NCBI RefSeq assembly: GCF_003072485.1
Contig: NZ_CP025989.1
Span: forward strand, 210,001-242,000
Length of the DNA: 32,000 nucleotides
Direction: 5' to 3'
Source of the DNA: Candidatus Fokinia solitaria
GTDB taxonomy: Bacteria; Pseudomonadota; Alphaproteobacteria; Rickettsiales; Midichloriaceae
Below, one piece after another: positions 21,139 through 30,914 of this stretch. Position numbers and translations under genes: made by a program. How positions within the stretch are numbered: the stretch's first letter is position 1; the number at the start of each line of letters is the position of its first letter. The notes beneath the pieces were generated by a model. That model was not told the origin of the DNA. It did no database searches and was given only the letters and a program-made list of their open reading frames with translations.

Positions 21139-21787
21139 CGTAAAAAGTAGGATCTTTGAAATGAAAATCGGATTTTCTTACACCGCGATTCAGTTTTACA
21201 TCACTCAATGCTAGGAGAGAGTGAATCTTTCCAAATTTATAAACTACAATACGTCTGATAGAGAGTATTGTACTCTGTTCGGTACTCTGAAATTCAACTT
21301 TAATTTCAGTATGTTCATAATCTTCAATTTCTTTCCCCATAATGATGCCACTAAGCCATAGCGATGTGACATTTTTATCGACATTGCATCGTTTCATATG
21401 CAATTGCTTGCGTAGATCGACAACATTACCACTTATGATCTTAAGTAAAGCAGTATTACGTATTGGTACATAGCTAGCTTCTTTTAGTTCGAAATCATAG
21501 TGCAACATTACGTCTGCATCTTGCGACAATAGCAGTATTTTCTTAGGGCTGTGATATTCCATCTTTACGTTGGCAGGTTTAAGCCAAGTGATAACGCCTT
21601 TGCCTGTACTGTTGCCAATGTATTCTACAAAATCAGCCTTGATGCTATTGGTAGCGTTTATAGATTGCATAACAAACTGCATATCAGAAAGAGAACAATC
21701 TCTTGCAAAGCATGTGCTGCAGTGCAGTGATGCAAAGCTTAACAATAAAATATAAGAGTAACGAAAAATGTAAGAGAACATACGCAA
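21122..21787 (-). CDS. lolA: LolA-like outer membrane lipoprotein carrier protein
   Basis: 221 aa with signal peptide; IKADFVEYIGNSTGKGVITWLKPANVKMEYHSPKKILLLS resembles LolA (FxQ..GxxxxxRPGxxRxxYxxP). Confidence 0.75.
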   Translation of the reverse strand: MRMFSYIFRYSYILLLSFASLHCSTCFARDCSLSDMQFVMQSINATNSIKADFVEYIGNSTGKGVITWLKPANVKMEYHSPKKILLLSQDADVMLHYDFELKEASYVPIRNTALLKIISGNVVDLRKQLHMKRCNVDKNVTSLWLSGIIMGKEIEDYEHTEIKVEFQSTEQSTILSIRRIVVYKFGKIHSLLALSDVKLNRGVRKSDFHFKDPTFYGANDE

Positions 21788-21788
21788 C

Positions 21789-22466
21789 TTAATAACGATT
21801 ATACCTATTTTCAGTGGAGAAAACTATATCAAATCTATAGATTGCACTACTATCTTCTAGTTTATTTGATAGTGCTGCGGGTATATCGCTCATACTTAGA
21901 GGAGTTGTTAGTAAATGTCTAACGCTTAGTATTCCAAGTTCTCTACTATTGATACTCATATCTATGTATGGAGTTTTATGAATTGTCGCAGGCATTATAG
22001 TAAAGAAGATATACGTTCCATTTTCATCTGTAACAGAAGTGCCACTACCAGTAAAAAATCTATCGCATTCTTTAAACATGCGTGTATATTCTGCATTTGG
22101 ATCTTCTTTAATTAAAGGCGCCTTCACGCTTTCACAATACTGTTGTGATTTACCATGGCAATCCACTTGCCACATTTCCACGATTGCATTTCGTACAGGC
22201 TGGCAATGATTATCTAATACGCGCCCTATGATTGCTATTTTATCTCCTGAAGCTTCTACCTCTGTGTTCTGATAGCGTCGCAAATTGTTTGACTTATATA
22301 TATCTGTAGGCTTTCCATTTAGAACGCTCTTATTATCTACGGTATGTCGGCAATTTTTCACTATATTCAATAGCAATTCAGCTGAATCATTAACGGGTTT
22401 CGCTGCGAGACTCACATTTGATTGCAGTAGCATTATGATGGCTATACATAATGTTCTTATTTTCAT
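21789..22466 (-). CDS. Secreted intradiol ring-cleavage dioxygenase-fold protein, metal ligands apparently lost
   Basis: 225 aa with signal peptide MKIRTLCIAIIMLLQSNVSLA; IIGRVLDNHCQPVRNAIVEMWQVDCHG and SVTDENGTYIFFTIMPATIHKTPYIDMSI align by eye with GRVLDxxGxPVxxAxVExWQxNxxG and xTDxxGxYxFxTIxPGxY...PHIHFxV. Confidence 0.7.
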   Translation of the reverse strand: MKIRTLCIAIIMLLQSNVSLAAKPVNDSAELLLNIVKNCRHTVDNKSVLNGKPTDIYKSNNLRRYQNTEVEASGDKIAIIGRVLDNHCQPVRNAIVEMWQVDCHGKSQQYCESVKAPLIKEDPNAEYTRMFKECDRFFTGSGTSVTDENGTYIFFTIMPATIHKTPYIDMSINSRELGILSVRHLLTTPLSMSDIPAALSNKLEDSSAIYRFDIVFSTENRYNRY

Positions 22467-22504
22467 ACTTAGCTTTGCTCATACTAACAATTTCAGATCA
22501 TATG

Positions 22505-23230
22505 CTAAAAAAAAAACGTGTTCAAGTGCTTTATGAAAAGCATTTCAATGCGCAAGGCAAGAGTAGTACTGTTTTCATTTAAGAAATCTGCCACACATGC
22601 AGTACGACCTCCGATTATTCCGCATGCGTTGATCTTCTCAAGATAGTAGTTACAGTCAGAAATATTGATGGCAATGCCGTGATGCGAGATCTTATTCGAA
22701 AATCGCATGCCTATTGATGCAATCTTCGCTTCTTCATTTATACTATTTTTCACCCATACTCCTCTAGCATCATTTTTTTGAAATGCCGTAATGCCTAGAT
22801 CTCTTAAAGTAAGCACTACGGCATATTCTAACTTATCGATAAAATCTTTTAAGTTAATGTTCTCATATAAGTGAGGAAGAAAAAAAATAGGGTAGAAAAT
22901 TTTTTGCTGAGGGCCATGATAAGTGATTTTTCCGCCGCGATCTGTAGAGTATAGCGGTAAAATCTCATTTTTTATCTCAATATCATCTATCTTTTTACCT
23001 GGAAGTTGCTGACTAGAGACGGTGTAACATGCTTCATGCTGAAGGACTAAGAGTAAGTGAGAGTTATTCTTTTTTACATAATCGCATGATTGTTTCATAA
23101 ATCGTATTATTTCACCGTAAGGAATGCTGTAGTCCGTGGTAATTATGTCCATTTTTGATGATAGTCTACTCATAGAAACTATAATACTCATGATGACAGT
23201 ACTACTTAATTGCGAAAAATTATGATTCAA
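22505..23230 (-). CDS. lipB: Lipoyl(octanoyl) transferase
   Basis: 241 aa; STDRGGKITYHGPQQKIFYPI, EAKIASIGMRFSNKISHHGIAINI, INACGIIGGRTACV; catalytic Lys and Cys both retained. True start may be at an internal Met. Confidence 0.93.
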   Translation of the reverse strand: MNHNFSQLSSTVIMSIIVSMSRLSSKMDIITTDYSIPYGEIIRFMKQSCDYVKKNNSHLLLVLQHEACYTVSSQQLPGKKIDDIEIKNEILPLYSTDRGGKITYHGPQQKIFYPIFFLPHLYENINLKDFIDKLEYAVVLTLRDLGITAFQKNDARGVWVKNSINEEAKIASIGMRFSNKISHHGIAINISDCNYYLEKINACGIIGGRTACVADFLNENSTTLALRIEMLFIKHLNTFFF

Positions 23231-23315
23231 GAGTTTTATCTAAATTTCTCACATATTGTATTAAAAGAATTAGTTATGTATGCTCATCGCGATGTGTATC
23301 TTTTAAAGAAAAGCA

Positions 23316-24872
23316 ATGTTGGATTTGAAGCAAATTATCCAAGCGAAAATCAGTCAGCTTATTCATGAAAATTCTGAAGGTATTCACGAGTATGGAATCG
23401 TGGTAAAAGCTTTCGATGGAATTGCGATAGTATATGGATTACTAGATGTAGGAATGTCAGAGCATGTGACGTTTCAAGATGGAGGATCTGGTATTGTGTT
23501 GTCATTAGAGGATGATGTTGTAGGCATTGCGATGATAGATGTGCTTACAGTGCGTGAAGGTGCGAAAGTTTACAGAACGAAACAAGTGTTACAGATACCT
23601 GTAGGTATGGAATTACTTGGTAGAATAGTGGATCCACTTGGTAATGTTTTAGATGGTTTGGAGCCGTTTCCGCATGACATAAAACGTAGTAATATAGAAC
23701 AAAGTGCGCCCGATATAATGTCAAGAAAGTCTGTTAGCGAGCCGCTACAGACTGGAATACAAGTTATAGATGGTCTAATACCTATAGGAAGAGGGCAGAG
23801 AGAGCTTATTATAGGCGATAAACAGACTGGCAAAACTACCATCGCGATTGATGCGATAATAAGACAAGCAAAGATTAACAGCGAGATCAAAAATAAAGCA
23901 GATAGAGTGTATTGCGTCTACGTTGCAATAGGACAGAAACGATCATCTATTGCGAAAATAGCACAATTACTAAAGAAACATGATGCGATGGATTATACAG
24001 TAATTGTTGCCGCTTCTGCATCAGAAAGTCCTACATTAAAGTTTCTCGCGCCATACTCTGGATCTTCAATAGGAGAGTTCTTCCGTGATAATAAGATGCA
24101 TGCGCTAGTAGTATATGATGATCTAAGTAAGCATGCAGTGGCGTATAGAGAGTTATCACTACTTCTCAAAAAACCATCCGGTAGAGAAGCATATCCAGGT
24201 GATGTGTTTTACATACATTCGAGATTATTAGAAAGAGCTGCAAAACTTTCAGAACAGAAAGGAGGAGGATCTTTGACAGCACTACCTATTATCGAAACTC
24301 AAGGTGGAGATGTATCTGCTTACGTACCTACTAATGTGATATCAATTACTGATGGACAGATCTTTCTTGAGAGTGAGCTTTTTTATAATGGTGTTAGACC
24401 TGCTGTAAATGTCGGACTATCGGTAAGTAGAGTAGGTTCCGCTGCACAGCTTGATGTGATCAAGAAACTAACTGGTATAGTACGTTTAGAGCTTGCGCAA
24501 TATAGAGAGATAGAGTCTTTTTCTCAATTTTCTATGGAATTGGATAAAGCTACGACTGCTTTATTAGAAAGAGGGAAGCGTACTGTAGAGATGCTGAAGC
24601 AGGATCAGCATCAGTTATATGGTACAGAAGAGCAAGCAATATTGATGTTTAGTATTGTAAGAGGGCATTGTGATGATATTCCGGTGCAGTATATTCAGCT
24701 TTTTAAAACGAAATTAGTTGAATATATTAGAGAAAATGGCGATTCTATTTCATCAGAATTTTCCGCAAATTCATATAAGCTTACTGCAGCTTTGGAAGAG
24801 TTCACTTCCGCTTTATTAGTAAAATTTAAGAGATCATTCTCTGATGTATTACGTGCTGCAAGAGAAGTTTAA
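23316..24872 (+). CDS. atpA: ATP synthase F1 subunit alpha
   Basis: 518 aa; TGIQVIDGLIPIGRGQRELIIGDKQTGKTTIAIDAI, ALVVYDDLSKHAVAYRELSLLLKKPSGREAYPGDVFYIHSRLLERAAK. Confidence 0.97.
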   Translation: MLDLKQIIQAKISQLIHENSEGIHEYGIVVKAFDGIAIVYGLLDVGMSEHVTFQDGGSGIVLSLEDDVVGIAMIDVLTVREGAKVYRTKQVLQIPVGMELLGRIVDPLGNVLDGLEPFPHDIKRSNIEQSAPDIMSRKSVSEPLQTGIQVIDGLIPIGRGQRELIIGDKQTGKTTIAIDAIIRQAKINSEIKNKADRVYCVYVAIGQKRSSIAKIAQLLKKHDAMDYTVIVAASASESPTLKFLAPYSGSSIGEFFRDNKMHALVVYDDLSKHAVAYRELSLLLKKPSGREAYPGDVFYIHSRLLERAAKLSEQKGGGSLTALPIIETQGGDVSAYVPTNVISITDGQIFLESELFYNGVRPAVNVGLSVSRVGSAAQLDVIKKLTGIVRLELAQYREIESFSQFSMELDKATTALLERGKRTVEMLKQDQHQLYGTEEQAILMFSIVRGHCDDIPVQYIQLFKTKLVEYIRENGDSISSEFSANSYKLTAALEEFTSALLVKFKRSFSDVLRAAREV

Positions 24873-24889
24873 TCTTAATATCTTTCCTC

Positions 24890-27800
24890 ATGTTGGATTT
24901 TTTTACGCAGCATAAGAGAACGACAGTAGTGTTGTTACTCTTTTCTATTTTTGTAGGATATCTATCGTATCTTAAGATACCTAAAGAGAATAATCCGGAT
25001 GTGAAGATACCCGTGATATACATGCTTGTGATGCAGCAAGGAATATCTCCGGAAGATTCAGAGCAACTTATAGTCAAGCCTCTAGAAACTGCATTACGCA
25101 GTATTTCCGGTATTAAGCATATTACATCTCATGCGTATGAGGGCAGCGCTTCAATTATATTGGAATTTAATAGCAATGTAGATCAAGACAAAGCACTTGA
25201 AGATGTACGTAATAAAGTAGATGACACAAAGAATCAGCTTCCGAAAGATGCAGATACTCCAGTGATACAGCAGGTAGATCTTAGCTTATTTCCGGTATTG
25301 AATGTGATTTTATCCGGCGATCTCGATCAGAGAACTCTGATTTCTATAGGAAGAGAGATGAAGAATAGAATTAAAATGATTCCTGAAGTATTGGAAGTGG
25401 ATATCAGTGGAGATAGAGTGCCTCTTGTGGAGATATTGGTTAAGCCGAGTAAATTAGGATTGTATAATCTCAATCCATCGATGGTAGGGGAGTTTATTAG
25501 TAAGAACAATATGCTTATCACGGCGGGAAAAATAGACAATGGAGGAGGTGCGTATCAAATTAAGATAAAGAATCTTATTGAGACATATGAAGAGCTTTTG
25601 GATTTTCCGATAGCGAATTATAATGGCGCGGTAGTAAAGATAAGAGATATAGGAGAAGTTAAATACTCGTTCAAAGATAGTACTACAATAGCTAGGATAA
25701 ACGGAAAGCCGGTAATAGCATTAGCAGTTTCGAAGAGAAATGGTGCAAATATCATCAATACGCTAGAGAAGATAAAGAATCTTGTAGAATCTGCAAAACA
25801 AAATTTACCGAAGAACTTGCATATTACTTACTCAAATGATGAAGCTAATGAGATAAAAGAAACTCTTTCCGATCTAGAAAACGGAATATTATTAGCTGGT
25901 TTATTGGTATTGTTAATAGTGTTTTCCACTATGGGACTCGGCTCTTCTATTCTTGTGGCATTTTCTCTACCAGCTTCATTTTTCGCCACGATACTACTCT
26001 TATACATGTGTGGATATACCTTGAACATAATAGTTTTATTCAGTTTGATCTTATCAATAGGAATGGTGGTAGATGATGCAATTGTTGTTAGTGAATATGC
26101 AGATAGAAAAATTACTGAAGGTGAACTTCCTTCAAAAGCTTTTCTAAATGCCGCAAAGAGGATGTTATGGCCGATAGTAACTTCAACTTTAGTAAAGATA
26201 ATAGTGTTTTTACCGCTTCTATTTTGGCCTGGCGTAGTAGGTAATTTCATGAAATACATGCCAATTACTGTCACTATGATACTTACTTGCTCGTTATTAT
26301 TTGCATTATTCTTTCAACCATCCATTGGCGCAATTCTCATAAAGAAACCGACTAACATAGATAGTAAAAAAGTTAATGAAATATATGCTTCCGAAAATGG
26401 TGCATTATCTGATTTACAAGGAATATATAAGGCTTACTATAACGTACTTATAAAGCTTACTTCTAAACCAAAACGATCAATCATCTTATTATTTGCTGGT
26501 ATAATAGGTATATATGTAGTTTTTGGCTTTTTTAGCAAAGGCTTTGAATTTTTCCCAGATATAGAGCCAAAAAATTCCTTACTTGTGATACGTTCTTCGG
26601 GTAATTTGTCAATGAAGCAAAGAGATCTAATAGCGGCAGAAGTAGAGTCTAAAATTGCACATTTTAAAGAGATTAAACATTTTTATACGAAAATAGTTGC
26701 AGATGCTCGTTCTCAAAATCTCAAGGATGATACAATTGCTACCATAGATATGGAGTTTGTAGACTGGAAAACGAGAAGAAAGGCACAAGTGATTCAAGAA
26801 GATGTCAAAAAAGCTGTGAAGACTGTAAAAGGTATAAAATTTGAAGTACTTTCCGGAGATTCAGGGCCAAAATCCGGAAAACCGATATGGTTCAGTATTA
26901 GAGGAGATGATTGGAATAGTATTAAGAAAGCTACAACTCACATAGTGACACTGATGAAGAAAGACGATAAATTTGTAGATGTGGAGACTTCTGAACCTTC
27001 TGAAGGGTTAGAATATAGAATAAATGTGAATAGAAGATTGGCGGCAAAATATAATATTACCGCGGCTAATGTTGGACAGATTGTGCAAATGGCCACTGGA
27101 GGATTGCTGGTATCTAAGTATATCACCAAGGATTATGACAATGAAATCGATATCGTAGTGAGATTTCCAGAGGAATACAGAAATATAGATTGGATTAAAA
27201 ATGTCAGAATACCTTATGGAAGTGGTAGTGTGCCTCTAGAATGCTTAGCAGAAACTAAAGCTACTCAGAAGCGTTCTGAGATACTGCATGTGGATTGTGT
27301 TAGAGCAATCACAATTCAAAGTGATGTAAAACCTGGAGTAATTCCAGAAAAACAGATTGAGCTGATTCAGCAATGGTTTTCTGAATTAGGAGAACAGCAA
27401 ATGTCGATAATTGTGCATGGAGATCTTGAAAGTCAAAAAGAAAGTGGCAGCTTTCTTGGAAGTGCTTTTTTATCTGCCATTATTATGATGTTTGTTGTAA
27501 TGCTTACGCAATTCAATAGTTTCTATAATGCATTGGTAGTCATGAGTTCTGTTGTACTTTCTACAGGAGGAGTGCTTTTAGGACTTATGCTTTCTAATCA
27601 AGCTTTTGGCGTTGTAATGTGCGGCATTGGTATTATAGCGCTTTCTGGAATAGTATTGAATAATAATATTATATTAATTGATACTTATCAGCATTTACGT
27701 AAATTAGGACATACTATAGAAGATGCAGCAATTAGAGCAGCTGTACAGAGATTTAGGCCTATTACTTTGACTGCTTCTACTGCGATACTTGGTTTGCTGC

Positions 27801-28033
27801 CTTTAGTACTTGGATTAACGATAAATATTATAGATAGAGAAGTGCTATATGATGCGCCATCAAGTCAATGGTGGAAGCAGTTATCGGCTTCAATTGCTGG
27901 AGGATTAACGTTTGCAACCATTCTTACGCTATTTTTCACACCGTGTATGATTCTCTTAGGAAAAAGATTTGAAAAAGAGGATGAGCTACAACCACAAGAC
28001 GAAGAAGTTCAGAAAGAAGGTATTACTTCATGA
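24890..28033 (+). CDS. RND family efflux transporter permease (AcrB/AcrD-like)
   Basis: 1047 aa; RND signatures GMVVDDAIVVSEYADRKITEG (DD in TM4), repeated 12-TM two-half architecture, SNDEANEIKETLSDLENGILLAGLLVLLIV. Confidence 0.93.
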   Translation: MLDFFTQHKRTTVVLLLFSIFVGYLSYLKIPKENNPDVKIPVIYMLVMQQGISPEDSEQLIVKPLETALRSISGIKHITSHAYEGSASIILEFNSNVDQDKALEDVRNKVDDTKNQLPKDADTPVIQQVDLSLFPVLNVILSGDLDQRTLISIGREMKNRIKMIPEVLEVDISGDRVPLVEILVKPSKLGLYNLNPSMVGEFISKNNMLITAGKIDNGGGAYQIKIKNLIETYEELLDFPIANYNGAVVKIRDIGEVKYSFKDSTTIARINGKPVIALAVSKRNGANIINTLEKIKNLVESAKQNLPKNLHITYSNDEANEIKETLSDLENGILLAGLLVLLIVFSTMGLGSSILVAFSLPASFFATILLLYMCGYTLNIIVLFSLILSIGMVVDDAIVVSEYADRKITEGELPSKAFLNAAKRMLWPIVTSTLVKIIVFLPLLFWPGVVGNFMKYMPITVTMILTCSLLFALFFQPSIGAILIKKPTNIDSKKVNEIYASENGALSDLQGIYKAYYNVLIKLTSKPKRSIILLFAGIIGIYVVFGFFSKGFEFFPDIEPKNSLLVIRSSGNLSMKQRDLIAAEVESKIAHFKEIKHFYTKIVADARSQNLKDDTIATIDMEFVDWKTRRKAQVIQEDVKKAVKTVKGIKFEVLSGDSGPKSGKPIWFSIRGDDWNSIKKATTHIVTLMKKDDKFVDVETSEPSEGLEYRINVNRRLAAKYNITAANVGQIVQMATGGLLVSKYITKDYDNEIDIVVRFPEEYRNIDWIKNVRIPYGSGSVPLECLAETKATQKRSEILHVDCVRAITIQSDVKPGVIPEKQIELIQQWFSELGEQQMSIIVHGDLESQKESGSFLGSAFLSAIIMMFVVMLTQFNSFYNALVVMSSVVLSTGGVLLGLMLSNQAFGVVMCGIGIIALSGIVLNNNIILIDTYQHLRKLGHTIEDAAIRAAVQRFRPITLTASTAILGLLPLVLGLTINIIDREVLYDAPSSQWWKQLSASIAGGLTFATILTLFFTPCMILLGKRFEKEDELQPQDEEVQKEGITS

Positions 28034-28402
28034 TGCAATTTAGTTAAGCGCATTTTAGTACGATAAAGTGTATTCTGATAGTTGTTACGAATGGTGTGTT
28101 TTTCTCGCGTATTTAGGATGTTTACCTACTTAGATCGAGTAGCGTTTTGCATTTTGTGTGTATGATAAATATTTATATTAGTGCTTCGATATCTTGCCTT
28201 ATACGATAAGTATGTCGTTTATAGTCGAGAAAAGATAAAAGGTATTGCAATATTTCTTCAAAGCACTCGATGCAGATGTAGGCGTTGTAGCAGAATATAT
28301 AACGAGCACATAGTCTTCGTTTAAGTATTAAAAGTGCATTTTAGCGATGTTTATAAGGGGATTTTCACCATCTCTCTACATACTACCATCATAAGGTCAT
28401 AT

Positions 28403-28526
28403 GACTGCAAATACGGCCTTACTTACAAAATTTCCGATACAATCAACTCAACAAAATCCTGTTGCTTGCGTAATTCATTCAATATAATTTCATGAACTTC
28501 ATGTTCAGCTTTTTTATGCCGTTCAT
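28403..28526 (-). pseudogene. glyA: Frameshifted 5' fragment of glyA
   Basis: Minus-strand reading with two one-base gaps: MNGIK-x-AEHEVHEIILNELRKQQDFVELIVSE-(N)-FVSKAVFA versus intact [41 protein letters not shown] at 31547; then stop, with homology lost. Confidence 0.88.
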
Positions 28527-28632
28527 CTCTTTTCTAAAACTTCCTCTTAATTGCTTTTCTTACACGTTAAGTCAACTTCATTACCAAAGCAACATTTCGA
28601 ACTTTCTGGCACACATTTTACTTGAGATTGCC
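28403..28632 (-). repeat. Inverted repeat, left arm (partner 31441-31672)
   Basis: Reverse complement reads ggcaatctcaagtaaaatg...gaaatgttgctttggtaatgaagttgacttaacgtgt...agttttagaaaagagatgaacggcataaaa..., aligning to gcgatctaaagtagaatg...gaaatgttgcttcggtgatgaagttgatttaacgtgt...agttttagaaaagagatgaatagcataaaa...; roughly 80% identity by eye. Confidence 0.85.
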
Positions 28633-29277
28633 TTTCTTATTCGTATCACTACCAATAATGATATAGCTTGTAATTTCATTAACAGCCATACGCAACTCAT
28701 CACTTAAATGAAAGGAGCTGATTAGCTTTGAAGATGTAGCGAGTACATTTTCACCATCATTGTGCGCAGTATATAGAGACATTTTCATCATGTCTTGCAG
28801 TATGTGATATACCGAGACGTTATGCGTTATCACAGTGTCGTCATTCTTTGCAATACCACTTCTCAAGCGTAATGAATACGCGAGAAATCTGTTATACTCT
28901 GTGATACCTTCATCAATTTTTAAGTCAGCAATTTTTTGACATTTTACAATTGCTTTTACCGGTTCATAATTTCTTAATATTAATCCTAATTTATAGTTTT
29001 CATACAGTCCAATGTATGCATCGGTCTTATATTGCATATTTTTCCGCTGTAAATCATCTTCGGATGGATTTTCATACAGCATATCAGTGAAGAGAACAGC
29101 GTCAGCTTTGGCGTCACGCGTCTTCTTATAATCATAGAATTGCTTTACACCTATGAAAACAGCAATACATATGAATCCTAATGAAATCACTATACTGGCA
29201 AGTTTCATCACTCTCTGCCACCTTTCTGATATTTCTTCTGCGAGAATATCATCGAATACATCCAGATTTTTGTTCAC
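28618..29277 (-). CDS. YfgM-like / tetratricopeptide-like single-TM membrane protein (Rickettsiales conserved)
   Basis: 219 aa; cytoplasmic start then TM (VMKLASIVISLGFICIAVFIGVKQFYDY) followed by helical region (DAYIGLYENYKLGLILRN), layout of YfgM/DUF2659-like proteins. Confidence 0.5.
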   Translation of the reverse strand: MNKNLDVFDDILAEEISERWQRVMKLASIVISLGFICIAVFIGVKQFYDYKKTRDAKADAVLFTDMLYENPSEDDLQRKNMQYKTDAYIGLYENYKLGLILRNYEPVKAIVKCQKIADLKIDEGITEYNRFLAYSLRLRSGIAKNDDTVITHNVSVYHILQDMMKMSLYTAHNDGENVLATSSKLISSFHLSDELRMAVNEITSYIIIGSDTNKKGNLK

Positions 29278-29404
29278 AAGCTTAAAAAATATTAATTCAC
29301 CTGTTTCTTCACAGGATATAATAGATTTTCTCGATATTCTAGTTGCTTTTTAAAAGACTATATACGTATATTATTCTCAGTATTAGTGTTAGTTAATATA
29401 AAAA

Positions 29405-30877
29405 ATGAGAAAATCTCTAGAGAAAAACTTATTGCTTACTGTGATGATAGTATTCACTGTCTTTCAGTATAGCATATTAAGGAGTATAAAAGATTCGTTT
29501 GTTGTAGATATAGCACCAGAGTTCTTGAGTGCGATAAAATCCTTTGTGGTGCTTCCAGTAGCAGCATTCGCTATGGTGTTTTACATGCAGATATCGAAAA
29601 AACTCAACAGAGTACATACGTATCACCTCTTCAATCTGATCTTTGGCGCCATCGTAATAGTGTATGGTTTCATAATAAATGATACATATACAGATTATTT
29701 CTTCGATGGCTTAGCAGAGTATCAAGAAAAATTTCCGTCTCTTTACTATCCAATAGGAGTTGTACGTTATTGGGTTGTGTCATTCTATTATCTCACAGCA
29801 GAATTGTACGGTACGTTCATGCTTTCGTTGTTATTTTGGCAAATCGCAAATCAAATTACAGGCACTGATGAAGCGCCTGGACTCTACCCTAAATTAGGTA
29901 TTGCGGCACAAGTTGGATTGTTCGCTTCAGGACAGTTTTCTTCCATCATATCTGTAGCTTCGGTTGGAGAGAATGGAGAGAAAGTGATGAAAAGCTGGGA
30001 TGTTGTATTAGCAAATGTAGGAATAGGATGTGTTGCTTCTACCGCTATCTTAGCATTTTGCATAGAAAGACTGAAAGGTGTGGTAGGTAGTAGCACAATT
30101 AATTTTACAAAAGGATTTAAAGGAGAAAAAATAAAAATGAGTTTTAAGGAAAGTATTTCCTTTATTATGAAAAGTCCAGAAATAGGGTTTTTGGTTCTTT
30201 TTGTTCTCGCATACGGGATAGCTTTTAACACTATAGAAGGAGTGTATAAAAAATACGCAGCTATGGCTTTTGCTGGTAAGACCGCTTACTTTATATTCAG
30301 TTCTCAGGTGCAAATGTGGACCGCAGGTTCTGCGATACTTTTCGGTTTATTCGGCTCTTATATCGGTAAGAAACTGAAATGGCGTACTATAGCATTGATG
30401 ACACCTAGCATCATACTTGGTACTGCAATACTATTCTTTGCTTGTATAAAATTTTCTAGTAGCGTTGAGACGTGGATCGCGACGTATATCGGAATTAAAG
30501 CTGTACAGGTAATAGCGGTGTGTGGTGCAATACAAAACGTTGTAGGAAAAGGAGCTAAATACCCTCTCTTTGATTCATCTTTAGAAAGAGTATATACAGT
30601 ATTAGGAGAAGAGTTGCGGACTAGAGGGAAGGCAGTAGTAAGTGTGCTTGGAGGTAGAACAGGGAAGGGTTTCGGTGGATTATGGCAGCAGTTTCTGCTT
30701 TGGTTATATGTAGTGGTGTATAGTCCAGCTACTGCGCCTAGTATAGTTAATATACAAGATGCGTTGCTATGGACGTCAATATTGATATGTATACCTTGGA
30801 TTATCGCTATTTTCCCTATGTCTGAGAAATTTGAAGAAAGAAGAGCGCAAAAAATTAGCGAAACTGGAGAAGCTTAA
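29405..30877 (+). CDS. tlc: Tlc-family ATP/ADP (nucleotide) translocase
   Basis: 490 aa; LRSIKDSFVV, LTAELYGTFMLSLLFWQIANQITGTDEAPGLYPKLGIAAQVGLFASGQ, VVSVLGGRTGKGFGG; multi-TM NTT family. Confidence 0.95.
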   Translation: MRKSLEKNLLLTVMIVFTVFQYSILRSIKDSFVVDIAPEFLSAIKSFVVLPVAAFAMVFYMQISKKLNRVHTYHLFNLIFGAIVIVYGFIINDTYTDYFFDGLAEYQEKFPSLYYPIGVVRYWVVSFYYLTAELYGTFMLSLLFWQIANQITGTDEAPGLYPKLGIAAQVGLFASGQFSSIISVASVGENGEKVMKSWDVVLANVGIGCVASTAILAFCIERLKGVVGSSTINFTKGFKGEKIKMSFKESISFIMKSPEIGFLVLFVLAYGIAFNTIEGVYKKYAAMAFAGKTAYFIFSSQVQMWTAGSAILFGLFGSYIGKKLKWRTIALMTPSIILGTAILFFACIKFSSSVETWIATYIGIKAVQVIAVCGAIQNVVGKGAKYPLFDSSLERVYTVLGEELRTRGKAVVSVLGGRTGKGFGGLWQQFLLWLYVVVYSPATAPSIVNIQDALLWTSILICIPWIIAIFPMSEKFEERRAQKISETGEA

Positions 30878-30914
30878 TTGCTTCAAGCACGAGATGTGTA
30901 GCATACAGTGAGTA

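Noticed and set aside
22505-23230. LipB considered as another active-site-degenerate enzyme
   Set aside because: Catalytic Lys (AKIASIG) and Cys (NACGIIGG), plus DRGG and TYHGP motifs, are retained, so no sign of degeneration despite unusual neighbouring residues.
28492-28707. 71-aa plus-strand ORF across the end of the YfgM-like gene
   Set aside because: It is the antisense of the glyA fragment, spacer and YfgM-like 3' end; better explained by the inverted duplication.
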